64,000 nucleotides of DNA from Blasia pusilla. Its lineage: Eukaryota. The stretch is from the NCBI GenBank assembly GCA_050084515.1, contig CM114271.1, positions 26,784,001 to 26,848,000 of the forward strand, written 5' to 3'. The notes beneath the pieces were generated by a model. The model was not told the DNA's origin, made no database searches, and saw nothing but the letters and a program-made list of their open reading frames with translations. The position numbers and the translations under genes were made by a program. Shown here one piece after another: positions 47,301 through 61,300 of the stretch (position 1 is its first letter; the number at the start of each line of letters is the position of its first letter).

Positions 47301-50300
47301 TGATGGGCTCCACCACATGACCAACAAGTAATTGTAGGCGGCTACTACTAAACTCCATATGAAAGCGTAGGTCTCTATAGCACGGCCTCTTGGTATCCTC
47401 CTTGAGATTGTGATGCCATAGTCAACCTATCTTGGAGTCCACGTTGCTACACTAGTGGTGCAGACAATCGTGAATACTCTCGCCGAGAACCCATGGTGGG
47501 TACGGTCTCCTCCGCCATCTTGCGCTCAATGTTCTCGGCGGTCCTTAAAACATCTCTCAACGTAGGGGAGATGTTCAAATGAAGCATCCCCTCCCACACA
47601 CGTGTCCGCATGGTCTGGTCCAACATCGCGTACCATGACTTGATAGCCTGAGCCTGTGTCAACCCTTGAGTGACGTTGATCAACCGACGCAAGCGAGTGT
47701 AAACCTCATGCAAACTCTCACTCGGGCGCCTTTGGAAGTCATGGATGCTCTACAACTTCTCCGTCCGTACCCCTTGGTAGCTCGCCCTCAACTCAACGAA
47801 GAACTCAACCACGGGGTTAAACCAAGGACAAACTCGGCTAGACGGTGCAACTGCTCTAGTGTGAGTGACCCCTCCTAAAACATCACTAGTGGAAGAGGAA
47901 GTAGCCTCTCATGACTCCTCCTCCTTATCTGGGAATGGCTGCGTCCATGACACATAGTGTGGGTCATAGTAGAGTCGCCATGCCTCAATCTCTAGGGCAT
48001 ATATGTGGGAGAACTCATGGTAATCGTCCATGGGTGCCCCCTCTCAATTCTAGAACATACCGTTCCATGCTATAAATGGATTGAACTCTCCAGAATTCTT
48101 AGCCTGTTGTGAGTCACACTAACTTCTAAACTCCGCAATGAACTCGTGTAGCTCTAGAGTGCCTATAACATCCGAAAACCTACTCGATCCTCTACCCCGG
48201 TCGTCCATCTCGTACGCCCAATTGGTAGGACCACTTGATGTGTACGGTGAATCACTAACACATTCCTCTACATACTCCCCCTTGTCTGAAGATGACATAG
48301 AAGGAGATCAAGGTGGTCTTTCAAGTGGAGACCCTCAAAACCTCGCACCACTCCGGATAAACCCTTCAGAGCTACTCTCAATTCCACTACCTGGCCTCTT
48401 AAAATCCCGAAAGGACGCCATGATAGCCCTCGTGCCTCTCCCACACGATCACTCTCAATCTTGCAAGTTATCCCTCAATCACTAAACCCAAATGTGCGTC
48501 ACTCAATCTGCACTCTCTCACTGAGACGTGTGTTGTGCGGCAACAAGCGGTGCGGTCCGGAAAATCAACTGATCTATCGTCTCATCGACAAACCATCCTC
48601 AACTCACGACATCCCACATAGGTCTATATCCCCTAAACCCATACATCATCGATGCTCTTAGCATCAACACAAAACCCAATATCCTAAATAACTTCCCAAT
48701 ACCCCGAAATCCCTCCCACATGTTGGGTAAGAGATCAGAATGGGTAACATGACAATAATATCAATATCGCTCCTCGGAAATTATAAATCTCGACCCCAAC
48801 TTGGTCGTGAAGACAACTCCAATCAACAACTTGTACTCCTCTCCTATTGACATTGCTCAAACCTCCTCGATGTGCGGTGCAGATCCAACCGTCCAATGCG
48901 GCACTGGCGGCACGGAACGGCTACAAACAGCACGGCACTCGAGAATGGGGAGCGGAACTCTGCGGCATACCCTCCTCAATCAGAAATTCACACACTCTGC
49001 TCCTTAGTGAAGGAGCGGCTCCGCGATCGAGAGGGTGCGGTGCGGCCACAAGCGGCACGGGGTGACAATCGATGGCGCATTGCGGCTACGCGCGTCACGG
49101 CACGGTACTCGATTGTCGTCAAGCGGCTACCAATCACAACCTAGCGACGTGAAATGAAAACTCAAACACCATAACCCGAGGTCACGTGCCATCATTAGTT
49201 GATGACAAAACTATGATGATGATGGCCGCCAAAATAAAGTATGTGATGGCGGCGCAAGTGAGACAATCAACAGTCGACGTGGAAGACCCTCCACTCCGTA
49301 ATGGCGGCAATGGCAACCAAGGGTGGACAAAGGCCGAACGCAGCTCTAAACACCGCTAGGCGGCGGCGGCAGCCAACGATGGACGATGGACAGTGTATCA
49401 TTGACAATGATGGTGGACCATTAATGGTGACGTTTGATCATCGATGGCGGACCGTTGATGGTAAGTATAACGGCGCAACGGTTGATTTAGGGTTTGAATA
49501 ATTTAACCCTAAAAATCACCTAGCAATGGCATTTTTGCAAGATTGACCATAAATTTTTGCTCGAAACTCCAAATTGCACACTTTTTTTGTACATCGTGCA
49601 TAGATTCACGATCTACGACGGCGTCAAAAAATATTTTAAATCGGACATTCCTTTAAAAATTGAAGGGGACTGTTGTAAAGCCCAACGTCTATTTCTCCTT
49701 TTTTAAAAATTTGGCGGCGCTTCCACGCTGATTTCTCCCAACAAAAATGTAAAACATATGAGAACGAAAATAAGAAAGCTATGTGGTGCTCTTGAGAGCA
49801 CCGACATGGAGTAATCCGCCCCCATACTCAATTCCTATAAAAAATTAGGCAGTGCTTCCGCGTGCCACTCTCCCGTACAAAAAATCAGCAAAGCAAAGCA
49901 GCAAACTCGCACGGCTCTTGCTATGCTGAGCACTCCCACGAGCCATGAAGCGGGGAACAATGTCCCCCAACCTGCACCAAACATTGAGCAACCAGCGAGC
50001 TCCCCCATGAAGTTCTCTCACTCACTTATTCTCTCTTTGTAAAATAAGATCCAACCTCTTTCACTCACTCATTCTCTCGTTGTAAATCAAGATCCAATCT
50101 CTCTCAACACCATAGCTCTCAAATGTGTGCACTGTCACATGTCTCTCTCAATATCAAACCAAACTTTCTCTCATACTGAGAGGTTTGGGTTACACACACT
50201 AGGCAAGCAAGACCATAACTTCGCCGTCTCATGCCAAGAGGTTCAACAAAGAGAGAATGAGCTCTCAAGCTCCCTCTCCTTGAGGTATACCCTTCCCCTC

Positions 50301-50397
50301 CCCCAAGCTCTCTCCATGGTTACCTATGCTCCCAAGTCACCTCCTTGGCTCTTGACCTGATGAAGGAGGTCAAGAATCACTTACCAAAAATAGAAAG
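44366..50397 (-). mobile_element. Ty3/Gypsy-like retroelement copy C: repeat A, long leader, gag, protease, DNA methyltransferase, deletion, PHD tail, 3' UTR
   Basis: Repeat A homologue at 50083-50397 (matches 32629-32900). gag at 47447-47713; knuckle CVYCQR*GHTRAMC at ~47221-47180; protease VLLDSRAQPLMLG at ~46220-46180; C5-MTase motifs at 45500-44950; PHD remnant RGWQMSCLTPPL..RWLCLRRI* at 44700-44620. The 3' UTR is homologous to copy B, and the terminus reads ...ATGACA at 44366. Whether the whole span is one element is not certain. Confidence 0.82.
44710..45500 (-). pseudogene. Retrotransposon-encoded DNMT3-like cytosine-C5 methyltransferase domain (single frame, several stops, C-terminus deleted)
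   Basis: Manual translation: GIRLLDLFGGINTG*AVVLQAGVRVQQYLDVEIDDVA...RDISLLGA*NLEWVGTIDLVIVGESC*GQS...GLVDSRSRLFW...ILENVP...VLLDAAIVGSRAHRPRLWWTS. This gives motifs I, II, III, IV, V, VI and VIII in canonical order. Confidence 0.9.
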
Positions 50398-50713
50398 TCG
50401 ACCATAGCATAGGTAGTTCTATATTCCGACTTGTGTCTGTGACATGGATGATAAGAAGGCAACTAACGATGGGGCCACATGAGCACCCGACATTCTTACT
50501 CTTAGCGTGTGAGAGATGTATGTCATGGTAGGTAGGGATAGATGGCTATCTAGAGTTAAAATATCTCCAATCGCCTAGGGGGGCGATTGGAGATATTTTG
50601 GTATTTCTTGTCTCGTTGTTTGGATGCCATGAGTTAGCATGGGATCGTGCGTGTTTGTGTGTGTATTCGATGACAACGATGTATGTTGTGTAGCGATGTG
50701 TATGCGCAGGACA
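50398..50713 (+). mobile_element. Inverted 3' UTR plus repeat B fragment of the DNMT/PHD family (copy D)
   Basis: Reverse complement of ~33089-33395; ends ...GCGCAGGACA at 50713 and abuts CACTA coding sequence. Confidence 0.85.
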
Positions 50714-53700
50714 TGCGTTGTTAAGTTCAGAAGAGGTCAAAGTATTCAATGCAAGGGTAGAATCACTTAAAGTTTCGAGTGGATATGCTGGTGCATTACA
50801 AAAATACCTTTTAAGAAAGAAATTAGGTACTTTGAAGTCTCATGACCTCCACATATTCATGCAACAACTTCTGCCTTATTTCTTATGGGGTCTCTTGAAA
50901 ACTCCTTGGAGAATGACAATCATGCCTATGTGGCGAGTTTTCCGAGAGCTTTGCGTGAAAACTTGGGATTCAGCCCAGTTTGCTTCTTTGAAAGAGGATG
51001 TGGCAACTACCTTGTGCCTCATGGAAGCCGAGTTATCTCCCTCTTTCTTTGATGTCATGACTCATCTCATGGTTCATTTGGTGGAAAAGCTCGATATATG
51101 TGGTCTGGTTGGTTGGAGATGGATGTATCCTATTGAGCGCTACTTGGGGGTGTTCAAAGGTTATGTCCAATCTCATGCTCGACCAAAGGATGTATGGTTG
51201 AAGGGTATATCCTTGATGAGGCCCTAGGGTTCATTACAGAGTATATGCAAGATTACAGTGTGGTGGAAACAAGGCTTTGGGATGCTTCTGAGAAGGAAGG
51301 TGTTATTGGCAAAGTTCTGGAAGGGGCAGGCGTGAAGCATCAGTTAACTGCTAAACTTGTAGATGTAATACTTATACTTAGTAGTATTATATTGTTGGTA
51401 CTTTGGTGTCTGTGAGTCAAAATCTAAACTTTGATTTGTATATGCTGCACAGAATATATAAACATTCTGGAAAATATGAATGCACATTTTCTGACTAGAT
51501 ACGCAAAAAGATAAAAGAAGAGATTGCCAAGGGTAACAAGGTAGATGAAGTAGTTCTAAAGTTGCCAATGCCTCCATCGCTCTCATATCTCTCTTTTAAG
51601 AGAATGAAAGCATATGGAAATCACTATAGGGTGGAGGACAGTAACTCATACTCTACGTATGACTCAGGTATAGCATCTACATTTCTATCACCAACATTTT
51701 ACCAAGATAAATCTCTTAGCCAAATCCCTTACGTGGGAATCCTTGTAGATATTTTGAAATTAGATTATGGCACATTGGATGAGCGCATTGTGCTTATGAG
51801 AGGCAAGTGGGTTCAATCATCCCAGAATAGGCTTGATGCTACAATGATGCATGATCAAAATGGTTTTTTCTTGGCAGACTTTAGGAGATTCCTACCGAGT
51901 AACTCATATACTTTTGTTTTTCCAAGCCAAGTTGAACAAGTATTTTATGCACTTGTTGAGGAACGACTTGGTTGGAAAGTAGTTATGTAAAAAGTTGCCT
52001 GATCTCCACGAGTCATTGCGGGAAGGCCAAACATATGTACTGATGATCATATGGACCTAGGGGGATGAGGGCTTCAACAAGCTTGGAAATGGAAATGCCA
52101 AATATTTCCCTAGTTGGTCCAATACGCTTATTAAATGCTGAATTAGCTCTAGCCTCTGTAGAATTTATGACTAATCAAGAATTGGGTGAAAGTTCTGAAG
52201 ACAACAATGAGATCAAAAGTAGCTCTAATAGTGAGTAAGGAAGTGTATTTTGTAATACACTAATAGTCATCATCTATATAGATCAAATCAGATGCATGAT
52301 CTAGGTATTATATGAGTTTGCTTAAAATAGTTGGATGATCATTGATCAAGTCTTTGGTGGGTGATTTTTCAAGATTATGTCTTGTGTATGTCTTTACATT
52401 GAGGTTTATATGGATACCTCAACCTTATGTTGTCATAACCTAACCTTCATAAAAAATTACTAATTTGGAGTTAGGGGCATACCTTTGCTTATGCACTATG
52501 TAGTCTAACTTTTTGTGGAAAGGTCGTGCGACGTGGGGTTTTCTTTTCAGGGTGCAGATTATAGAGTCAAGTGGGAAACCAGAGTATAATAGCGGAGATA
52601 ATCTAACGACTTCAGAATCCAAAGTTTATACAAATGATGTAGGAACAATATTGTCGGAGGAGGAGGCAAACCTAGAATACTTTAGGCTACGAGAGGAGAG
52701 GTGTGAAAGAGTGAGAGCAGCAACACGTCCCCTTGCTTCCAAGTGGAGGTTTGACTCACTTTTGATCTTTTGCAAAGTTTCACTCTTCTAGTTATTTTAC
52801 ACTGTAATCTATGTTAGTGAATACATGTTTGGAATCCTTCCAAACACGTATTCGCGTAGTGAGTTTTTCCGCCGTTAGATAGTTGCATATCCCTAGATTG
52901 TATGCTCTATACGTCCTTGGGCATCTAACACCTTATTGTATTACATATTGGTTTGTAGGTCTATTTTTCCAGAGGAGATACCTAAAGCCAAGGCAAGCCT
53001 AATACATGCTAGAAGAAGGTCACATACATCAACACCTAAAGTCCATTTTATTCGCTACCGGTGCTTACACTTGACGATGGAGGAATTTGGGTCTTCACAT
53101 GGTGAAGACAAGTTTCATAGCGATGGTTCCAAATCAGACCCACAATTTGATGTTAATCTAGAGGAGTCAAGCCCTGAACCCTCAGAGTTTGCCCAAGAAA
53201 GCACCTCGAAGTGTCCTTTCAAGATTAACAAGCATCATAAACCTGGAGATATAAGTGTAAGATTCCTCCTATCCTTTCTCCTAATATGGTGGTCTATGTA
53301 TCTCACTTTAAGCTTTGTAGTTAAAAGAATTGCATACGGATGAGTATATGTTCATGAATGTGCTAACATATTTCTTTTTTGGTTGTGTAGGGAAAAAGTC
53401 TAGCCCAAATACGTAAGGAAAATCAAGCAAATTATCCTCTTGCTGCATACCCTTAGCCTCATCATGGCTATCATCCAACATTTCAGATGCCACCCCAATG
53501 GCCATCCTCAATACCAAGTTAGGGAATTCAATGATTACTGATTGAGTTCAATCTCTTCACATGCATGTTATACTCTTAATGAAATCTTATCTAATCATAT
53601 TCTACTTTGAATTGCACAGTCAATTCTTCCAAGTTGGGTCCCACCTAGAAAATTTTATCCACCCCACCCATCACAAGGATTATATGTACCAAAACCTACT

Positions 53701-56700
53701 CACCCATCAGAAGAAGTTCATGAGTGGAGAGACCATCAAACGCCACTTGGTAAGTTACAATGGAATGCATAACACAATGATATGACATTCTATCTAACTT
53801 GACACATGAAATTTATGCCTTTACAAATCCTAATTTTTTTTATATCTAACTTCTCATTTTATAGTTGTAGACTCATCTATCAAGCGTATGCATCGCAAGG
53901 ATGAGTATGAGAAGTGGAAGGCATCCACCAAGCAGCGCGAGCGTGCAAGGCTAAAACCCACTGTAGAGGTCACTTCAAGGGGTGAAATTGTTTACGGATG
54001 TGAGGGAAAAATCCAATGGCATGATGATGTCAAGGCAAGTGTTCATCGCCACTTGGACCTTAGTATAGTTGATGTTAGTAAACAATCTGAGCAAGACCTG
54101 AGAACAATCCGTAGAGAGATAGAAAATCGCTATGAGTATGTTGGTGGTGAACTTAGTTTGTCTTCAAGATTTGATGAAATTTGAGAGGGCCTGCTTGATG
54201 AAGCTTTGGGTAGATAAAGGGTCACTTTCTGAATGTGCTTGTCCTCCGGATGTGAATCCACGAACTTGGCAAACATTGAAGACCTATTGGTTGTCACCTG
54301 CGGACAAAAAAAACTGAAAGAATGAAGGCCAATAGATCTAAGGTCGAGAACCCAAATCCTAATGGTAGAAGAGGGTTTTCCGGCCAAAAAAATATGTTTG
54401 TAAGTAATCGAATCTTAGAACCTTGGTGATTTACTTTCAGTTATGAGATTATTGTGTGCCACAACCTTGGAATGTGAATTTAAGGTTTTTGAATCAATTT
54501 TAGTAAATATTGTATTGATTATTTCCATGTAGAAGAAGGAGCGGGGAGCTTCACTCACTATACAAGAGATGCAAGAGTCTTTGAGTACCCCAAAAATGGA
54601 CCCAAGCCAACAATCTATCAGCAATAAGGTATGGTTGTGATAATGAGTATGGGATTGGATGTGTGATTACAATTGAATCTTTTTAGATTTATTATTTTTG
54701 TCGTACCATGTCGAGTTGGTCTTTGAATGTTTTTCTATGTTTATAGTTCATGTCTTGTCTCTTCTACATTGTGCACATCTCCTTTGCCTTGAGCTTGAGC
54801 GTGTTTATTTTAGTGGTAAACATTCCTTCTTATTTTTTCTTAGTTCTCGTCTCCTCAATTTTTTGATGACTTGATTTGTTTCACAGGTTTGTAGTACTTG
54901 GCTTGCTTTCTAGCTTCTATATTTTTTTTTTATCATTTGATTTGTTTTTTTAATGATAGACTATTTCTTTCCCCTTGGTATTGGTGTATTGAGTATATAC
55001 TCGAGTTGTTTAGCTACTAGTTATATATCTTATTATTGATGCACGCACCTATTTTTTGATTCAGATTTCTACGACAAGTTTGACTCATAGGATAGATGCC
55101 ATGGAGAAAGAAAGCGCTTCGATAAAGACAGATATTGTTGACATCAAGGAGAACATTGCTCATATCATGGAAATGTTGTAAAAAATGACTCATGCGGTGG
55201 CTCAAACACCACATGTACTCCACCAGAAGTGGTAGTTCCAAATTCATCACCTTCTCTCCCATATGTTCCCAAGGATGTGAATCTTCCCTTGGCATCATAA
55301 TCAAAAGAAAATCCAAGAGACATTGACATGGCTTTAGAAGGGAACTCTGTAGGCAATTTAAGCCCTTTTCTTATTGATGATATTGAGAGCAATATGGAGG
55401 TGATAGAGAAGAGTACAATTCAACCTACTATTTTCTATGCTTTTGGTGTTACTATGGAGACAACTAGCGAGGGTGTTGAAGTTCTCTGAGCTTATGGAGA
55501 ACAAGATAAATGATTCCAAGAAGAAGCAGAAAAAGGAAGCAACCTTCACTTAATGAGAGGAGAGAGAATAACATTATAAGTAATTGATTTTGATGTATGT
55601 TGCTCAATCATTCCGTTGTATAGACAATGAAGAAATTAAGGAATAATGATTTAAAGTGATTTGGCTTTGTAGAAGTTCTTGGAAGGTGCATTCTCGATTC
55701 CTACATACTCATGCAATATTCCCCACAATGGTTGGAGTATTATGAAGGTAACTATTTAAGATGGATATTGTAGCGTGGCTTGGATAAATTTGCAAAAACA
55801 ATATAAAAGCTAATTCATGTATGTGTGGTCATGCATGCACTTGGCACTAGGGGACCAAGTGTTTCTTTCAAAGAGTCGCAAAGGCTATGAACATGTGGGA
55901 GTGGGAAAGATCTCTGGCATCGCACGAAGCGATAAGTGTCATGGTTGTTTAATACCCCTAGGGTGTGTCAAGGTGGATATGATTACAGTGCATGATGCAA
56001 AACCCAACCACAATGATGATCCCCCACAAACCCTTCTAAAGCATGCTTTAGGTTCCTCAATTTTGTGGCCAGACAGATTAGTGAAAAAGTTATAAGCATC
56101 CCACAACCTCATACTTTCTAGTCTTCTTTGTATAGGTAGTTACTTTCACTTGCCAAGACCTCAAAGTATGAAGAGTAGTTCAAAATTGGTAAGTGCCTTA
56201 TTTCAAATATCTAGAACCTGTAAACTTTACTGTATGCACAGTACTTGACTTTCATGAGAAGTACTTGATTTTTTTTGCCTCACTAAATGATACTTAACGA
56301 AGTTTTGAATACAAATAAGAGTTATCAATTATCTACTTGCTTCTAGATTTACTTTGTTATGAACCCTCCACATGTTGCTACAAATGCAACAAGTGGACAA
56401 ATAACATGCGTACAAGTACATCCAATTAGAGCCTTGCAACTATTTACAGTCCTAAAAAACCAAACAAAAGACTAAGATTAGTATCTGCCAATACTAATTG
56501 TGTTTACATAGCGACATTGATGACATTCCATATCATCATAGTAAAAGTTCCATGTCATACTTTAAATCTTGCCATGTCATATTACCAACATGGAAATTTA
56601 CAACTACAAGTCCTAAACAACGAGTCCTTTGATACTAGATCTTTCTAGTTTAAAATCTCAGTCATTAGTGGCCAAAAGTCATTTGCAACTACTCATAGTT

Positions 56701-56739
56701 GTATAATCTAGTGGCTAAAAGGGTGTTTTCCTTCTAGTG
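50714..56739 (+). mobile_element. CACTA/En-Spm DNA transposon, 3' part (decayed TnpD-like transposase, spliced TnpA-like ORF2, right TIR)
   Basis: LKSHDLHIFMQQLL, FFDVMTHLMVHL and WMYPIER (DUF4218-like); YVGILVDILKLDY and FVFPSQVEQVFY (DUF4216-like); WQTLKTYWLS and CHGCLIPLGCVKVD..ALGSSILWP (TnpA-like). Ends TTTTCCTTCTAGTG at 56739, the reverse complement of CACTAGAAGGAAAA. Confidence 0.9.
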
Positions 56740-58040
56740 TTGGTGGTGCAGATGGAGAAAGGATGGCTTGTAAAAAATTACTCAATGTGGACTTCACAAG
56801 AATTGGGAAACCATGTTGGATTTTGGATCCTGGTTTGCCTGAAATTCTTTGAACATCACACAAGAATTGTTGACCACATGTAGTATTTTTTTGCGTCCAT
56901 TTAGGAAATGCAAAGTGAGAGCGGTTGATGCATTCGAAAACACTCATGAGTCATGATCGTGGGTCCAATGAGGAAAGACCTTGGTGTGACCCACGAAAGT
57001 TGCAACCTCAACTAGCTAGTCGCAAGACTAGGAAGAGCGGCAGAACCAACCGCAAGACTAACGCTAGATGAGACGCGCACATGTCTTGTGACTAGGCTTA
57101 GGTGAGAAAGGGGCATAGCTCATTACGGGGACAAAGCCAAGGCAAGAAAGGTTTGAGATCTTGGAGCCAATCACCAAGTTGAGGGCCAAATGCAAGGAAC
57201 ACATAAGTAGTCAAGATGGGCCAGACGCCATGAGATTAGTCACGAAACGTAAAGGGCGGAAATACAACCTGAGATGCCAAATGGGAAGTCAAGACATGCG
57301 CTAGCCATGAGAGACATGAAAGACGGGTTTGAGCTCCAATATGCATTTGGGGATCCGAGAGTTGCATAAGTTGCAAGAAGCCTTGGCCAAGCCATCTTGA
57401 TGAATAATAGTCAAACGCTAGTCCATAGGTCATAAACCACACTCGAGGGGCCTCACTTCCACGGAAGTGGCCCATCACGTACGACAAATTATAGGGTTAT
57501 TTTATTCCATATCGGAGAAAACTTATGAATTTTTGTGGAAGGACTATGGGGGTTTTTTTAGGAAACTCACTTATAAGAAATATAGGCCAAAGTTATTCAA
57601 ACTCTCGTTCATGGAAGATGTACATGGAAGTTAGGGGTTATTTCACTTTGAAATGAAGGTATACACGTGGAAATCCCTTATTGGTACACTTGTATTATGT
57701 GTAAGTAGAAGATTAAAAATAATATGATAAATAAATAATACTACCGTGATGGTGTTTTTAAGTTTTAAATTAACTTAAATAATCATTTTTATTTTAAAAA
57801 TAAAACCGATACCCAATTTATCTAAGGCAAAGGCGTGACATGAGAAAATGGTTCAAACAAAAAATGAAGAGCGGGAAGATAGAGAGGCAACTAAGAGGGA
57901 AGAGGTCGTGGTTTAGGGCAAGTTTTTTTGAGTTCAGGAACCAAATGGCTTGGGCGAGGAGCGTACACCTTCTTCAAATCCTTAATTTATTGTTTGTTCC
58001 TTTGCATCAGAATATTTTTGCATTGAGTGAGGGAGTTTCG

Positions 58041-58163
<123 letters not shown>

Positions 58164-58369
58164 CGTTACCCTCCGCACATACATCACATAAAAAGCAACG
58201 CATCTTTTAAAGAATGTAATTCTCCTACCTGAAGCGCGCACGTTCTTGTTTTTTAAGTTTTTGCCACCAGTCCTCCCCGAGAATTTAGAGGAGAGTCCTG
58301 CTCAGGGTTGAAGTTCTTTATCGCACTTCCATTCTCTCCTCTAGTTGTCTGCTCTACAAGTCTGTCGCA

Positions 58370-61300
58370 TGGGGAATTTTCTTGTTGATTTTGAGGTAGA
58401 TAGCACACTTTTCTGTAAACTCTGCATTTCATAGGCTATCGGATTTGAAAGTGTGGTGCGTCTCTTCACCATGTGTCTTGATGTATTCATTGCCCTATGG
58501 TTGAACGTGAAAACCTAGTTTTCATCGCTCCTTGGGGTTTTTCTTTCTTATTGTTGCATCAGGGCTAGGGTGAGTATGACCTAGTAGTTTTCTTGGCAAA
58601 TGCCTTTCCTTAGTTCCTCGATTGTAGTCGCTTGATTTGATGACTTATGCTTACACGTTTCTTTGAATGTATATTCAGATCATTGTAATGGATATTGCTT
58701 GCGACTCCAAAGTTTTGACTGATCTGGTAAGGAGGAAAGAATATGGTTAAATCGTAAAGCACAGTTGAATTCCTTCCCTACACATCCAACAAAATCCAAA
58801 CTAGCTAGTGAATCTATAGTTGGGACCAGGTTTGAGGTTCAAACCTGAACCATTGCATTAAAAAAGTGCGCACTGCTCGATAGTTTCAAGTTTAAATTAT
58901 ATCCACTTGCCATAGATCTTGATCCAAAAATCTGACCATATATACGGATTTGATTAACAGTAGGAGGAGACATAAATGTCTAGTCATGTGTTGTAGCAAG
59001 AGCGACTACACTCTCTTCTATTCTCATGAGGTTGGCCTCCGGTGCATGTTCAACACTAGCTTATATTGGATCTTCCAATAGAGATCAGTGCCCAATTGCA
59101 ATTTGAACACACTTTGTTGTTGCTCCAAGACCCCTTGATGCGGTTGATGAGGACAACACATGCCGCTTCACTAAAGGGCAAAACTTTCCATTTCATTTTG
59201 TGCCCACAAAACATGCTCTGATGCATAACTAAGCTCCTCCCCATGTTGTGCAGAATGCACAACATCTAGCGGTGAGTGAGGTTGAGCTTAAAAATCTTGA
59301 AGTTTTGTGAGTTTCTGCAGCAAAAGGATTATTGAGATTGGATCTAGGTTTCTTGAATGCGATGTTATGTGTCAATACTCTAGCTTTTGATTGTTAGGAC
59401 TAGAGTATTGAGACATGATATCACATTCAAAATACAATAGGTGACCTATACTGTGTTGTATATTTCCAATGATTGTGAGAGCTAGCTTATTGTCATGGCT
59501 ATATCACATGAAAGCCATGTGATATAGCCATGTTCTTGTCTTGCCATGTTCTTGCCATGTTCTACATGTTCTTGTCTCGATTCCATGTTACCCTAATATC
59601 TGGTATTCTATGTTACTTGTCTTGTTTGCAGGACAACTCTCTCTGTCTATACTCAAGATTCCCTATGGTGTGCCTTGAGAAATGTTAAATCCTAGTAGAC
59701 CTAGTATTCGGATAGTGGAGAAGGGTGGGGAAGGACAGGAGGATGACCCCATCTGTGTTTTAGGATATAAAGAAGGGTAATCATTGGCTGACCTCCGTTT
59801 GAAATGCCTAGTTGACTTTGATTTTGACTTTTGGGATTTCAAGCTCCCAGGGAGAACGCAACAGAATGCAGAGAAAATGATTGTGTGAGTAGAGTTAGAT
59901 GGGATAGTTGGTGTTATTTCACACATACCATCACGCCCAATAGGGAGGAGCGTACATGTCTCTTCCCATTAATGTGTTGCTACTCTATCTACCATATCGA
60001 GCTTAGCTCCTATATGTGAGCCACCCTCACAGCCACAGAGACTTACTACTCATATGCCAATAGATATGCCATTGATTTGAGCATCCTTTGAATGAAAGTT
60101 GATGTTTGTTGTTGTAGCCAAGTGTTGGAATGATGAGTTTTTGAGATTAGGGAAATGGGTAGAGAAAAAGGTTATAGTGAGCACAATTGGAAGGTGAGAA
60201 CTTGGGATGAAGGTACATATGTGAGAGGACATCTGGAATATCTAGAGTGTCGAGAGCATTATGGGAATGCAAAAAATTCCAATAATGTAAAAGCAATAGC
60301 TAATTGTTTTAGCAACTTTAGGACAAAGCATATAGTGAATGAGAAGCACAAGGATAACTTTTGTAGGCGGAGGAAGTTGCCCTCGTCTTTGATGAGGACC
60401 ATTGATATTATGGATATTTCCTTGTTTGATCATGGCAAAGCCATATCTAGAGGGATGGACATAGTGTTGTGAATGAACGATGACTTGGGAGGTGAAACAA
60501 AGATCTTCATTGTGACACCATCTCCAACTGACCCGAGGTATGCAAGTATGTCTTACTTGTTTAAAGTGAGGTGCCCAGTCCATAGTAAATTACACACTAA
60601 CATGTGCCCAAAGAAGCTACACTTGGAACACAATTTGAGACAACATTTGGTTAGTCATGATAACTTAGATGCCTTGGATACCAAAGAAGCTACTGTTGAA
60701 ATTTCATTGAGGTTTGGGAAGAGAGGAAGACCAAGGAAGGTAGATGGCAAGGATCTGTATCCTTCTCAAGGGTCAATACTGAAATTCTTCGGAGAGGATA
60801 AGTCCAAGGGAGGGAGCTCGACAAGTAAAGGTGGTTGTGATCCTAGTGTAGATCGTGGATTAAGTTTACTCTACTGGGGGTTGTGGGATCAAATAGTCAA
60901 ATAGAGAGGAGAGAACATGGATGTGAAGGGTGTTCTTGATGATCAAGAGGGAGGAGCAATGTGGGATTGTGAGTTGACTTGTTTTGCATAGATTTACAAC
61001 CGCAATACTGGTTCAATTGTGAAAATAATGGGTTCATTTTAGACACAAACATTGTGAGAGATTTGTAAACCTAACATGTACAAAATGCGAGTCTGTAAAG
61101 CGGTTGGATGATTTCCGTGGTTGGATGTACAGGGAAGCGAAAGCTTTAGTGCCTAGAGGAGGGAGAGATACCAGTGGTGGGATACGGTTGGACCGTCTCA
61201 CCAAATCAGAACTCAAACGACATGTAGGTGCATTGTCTTCCAAATTTAGAGGGCAAAGATGGCTTTTGTCACAATATGCAGCCAAAGTGTCTACCTTGAG

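Noticed and set aside
48609-48645. USE-like TCCCACAT, TATA and CCTAAACCC, suggesting a Pol III or telomerase RNA gene
   Set aside because: USE-TATA spacing is far too short, and the site lies inside a retroelement leader.
28002-56739. One giant CACTA element bounded by the TIRs at 28002 and 56739
   Set aside because: The TIRs match 12 of 13 nt, but the 3-bp flanks differ (AAA versus TTG), and I found no 5' half of the transposase between them. Unproven.
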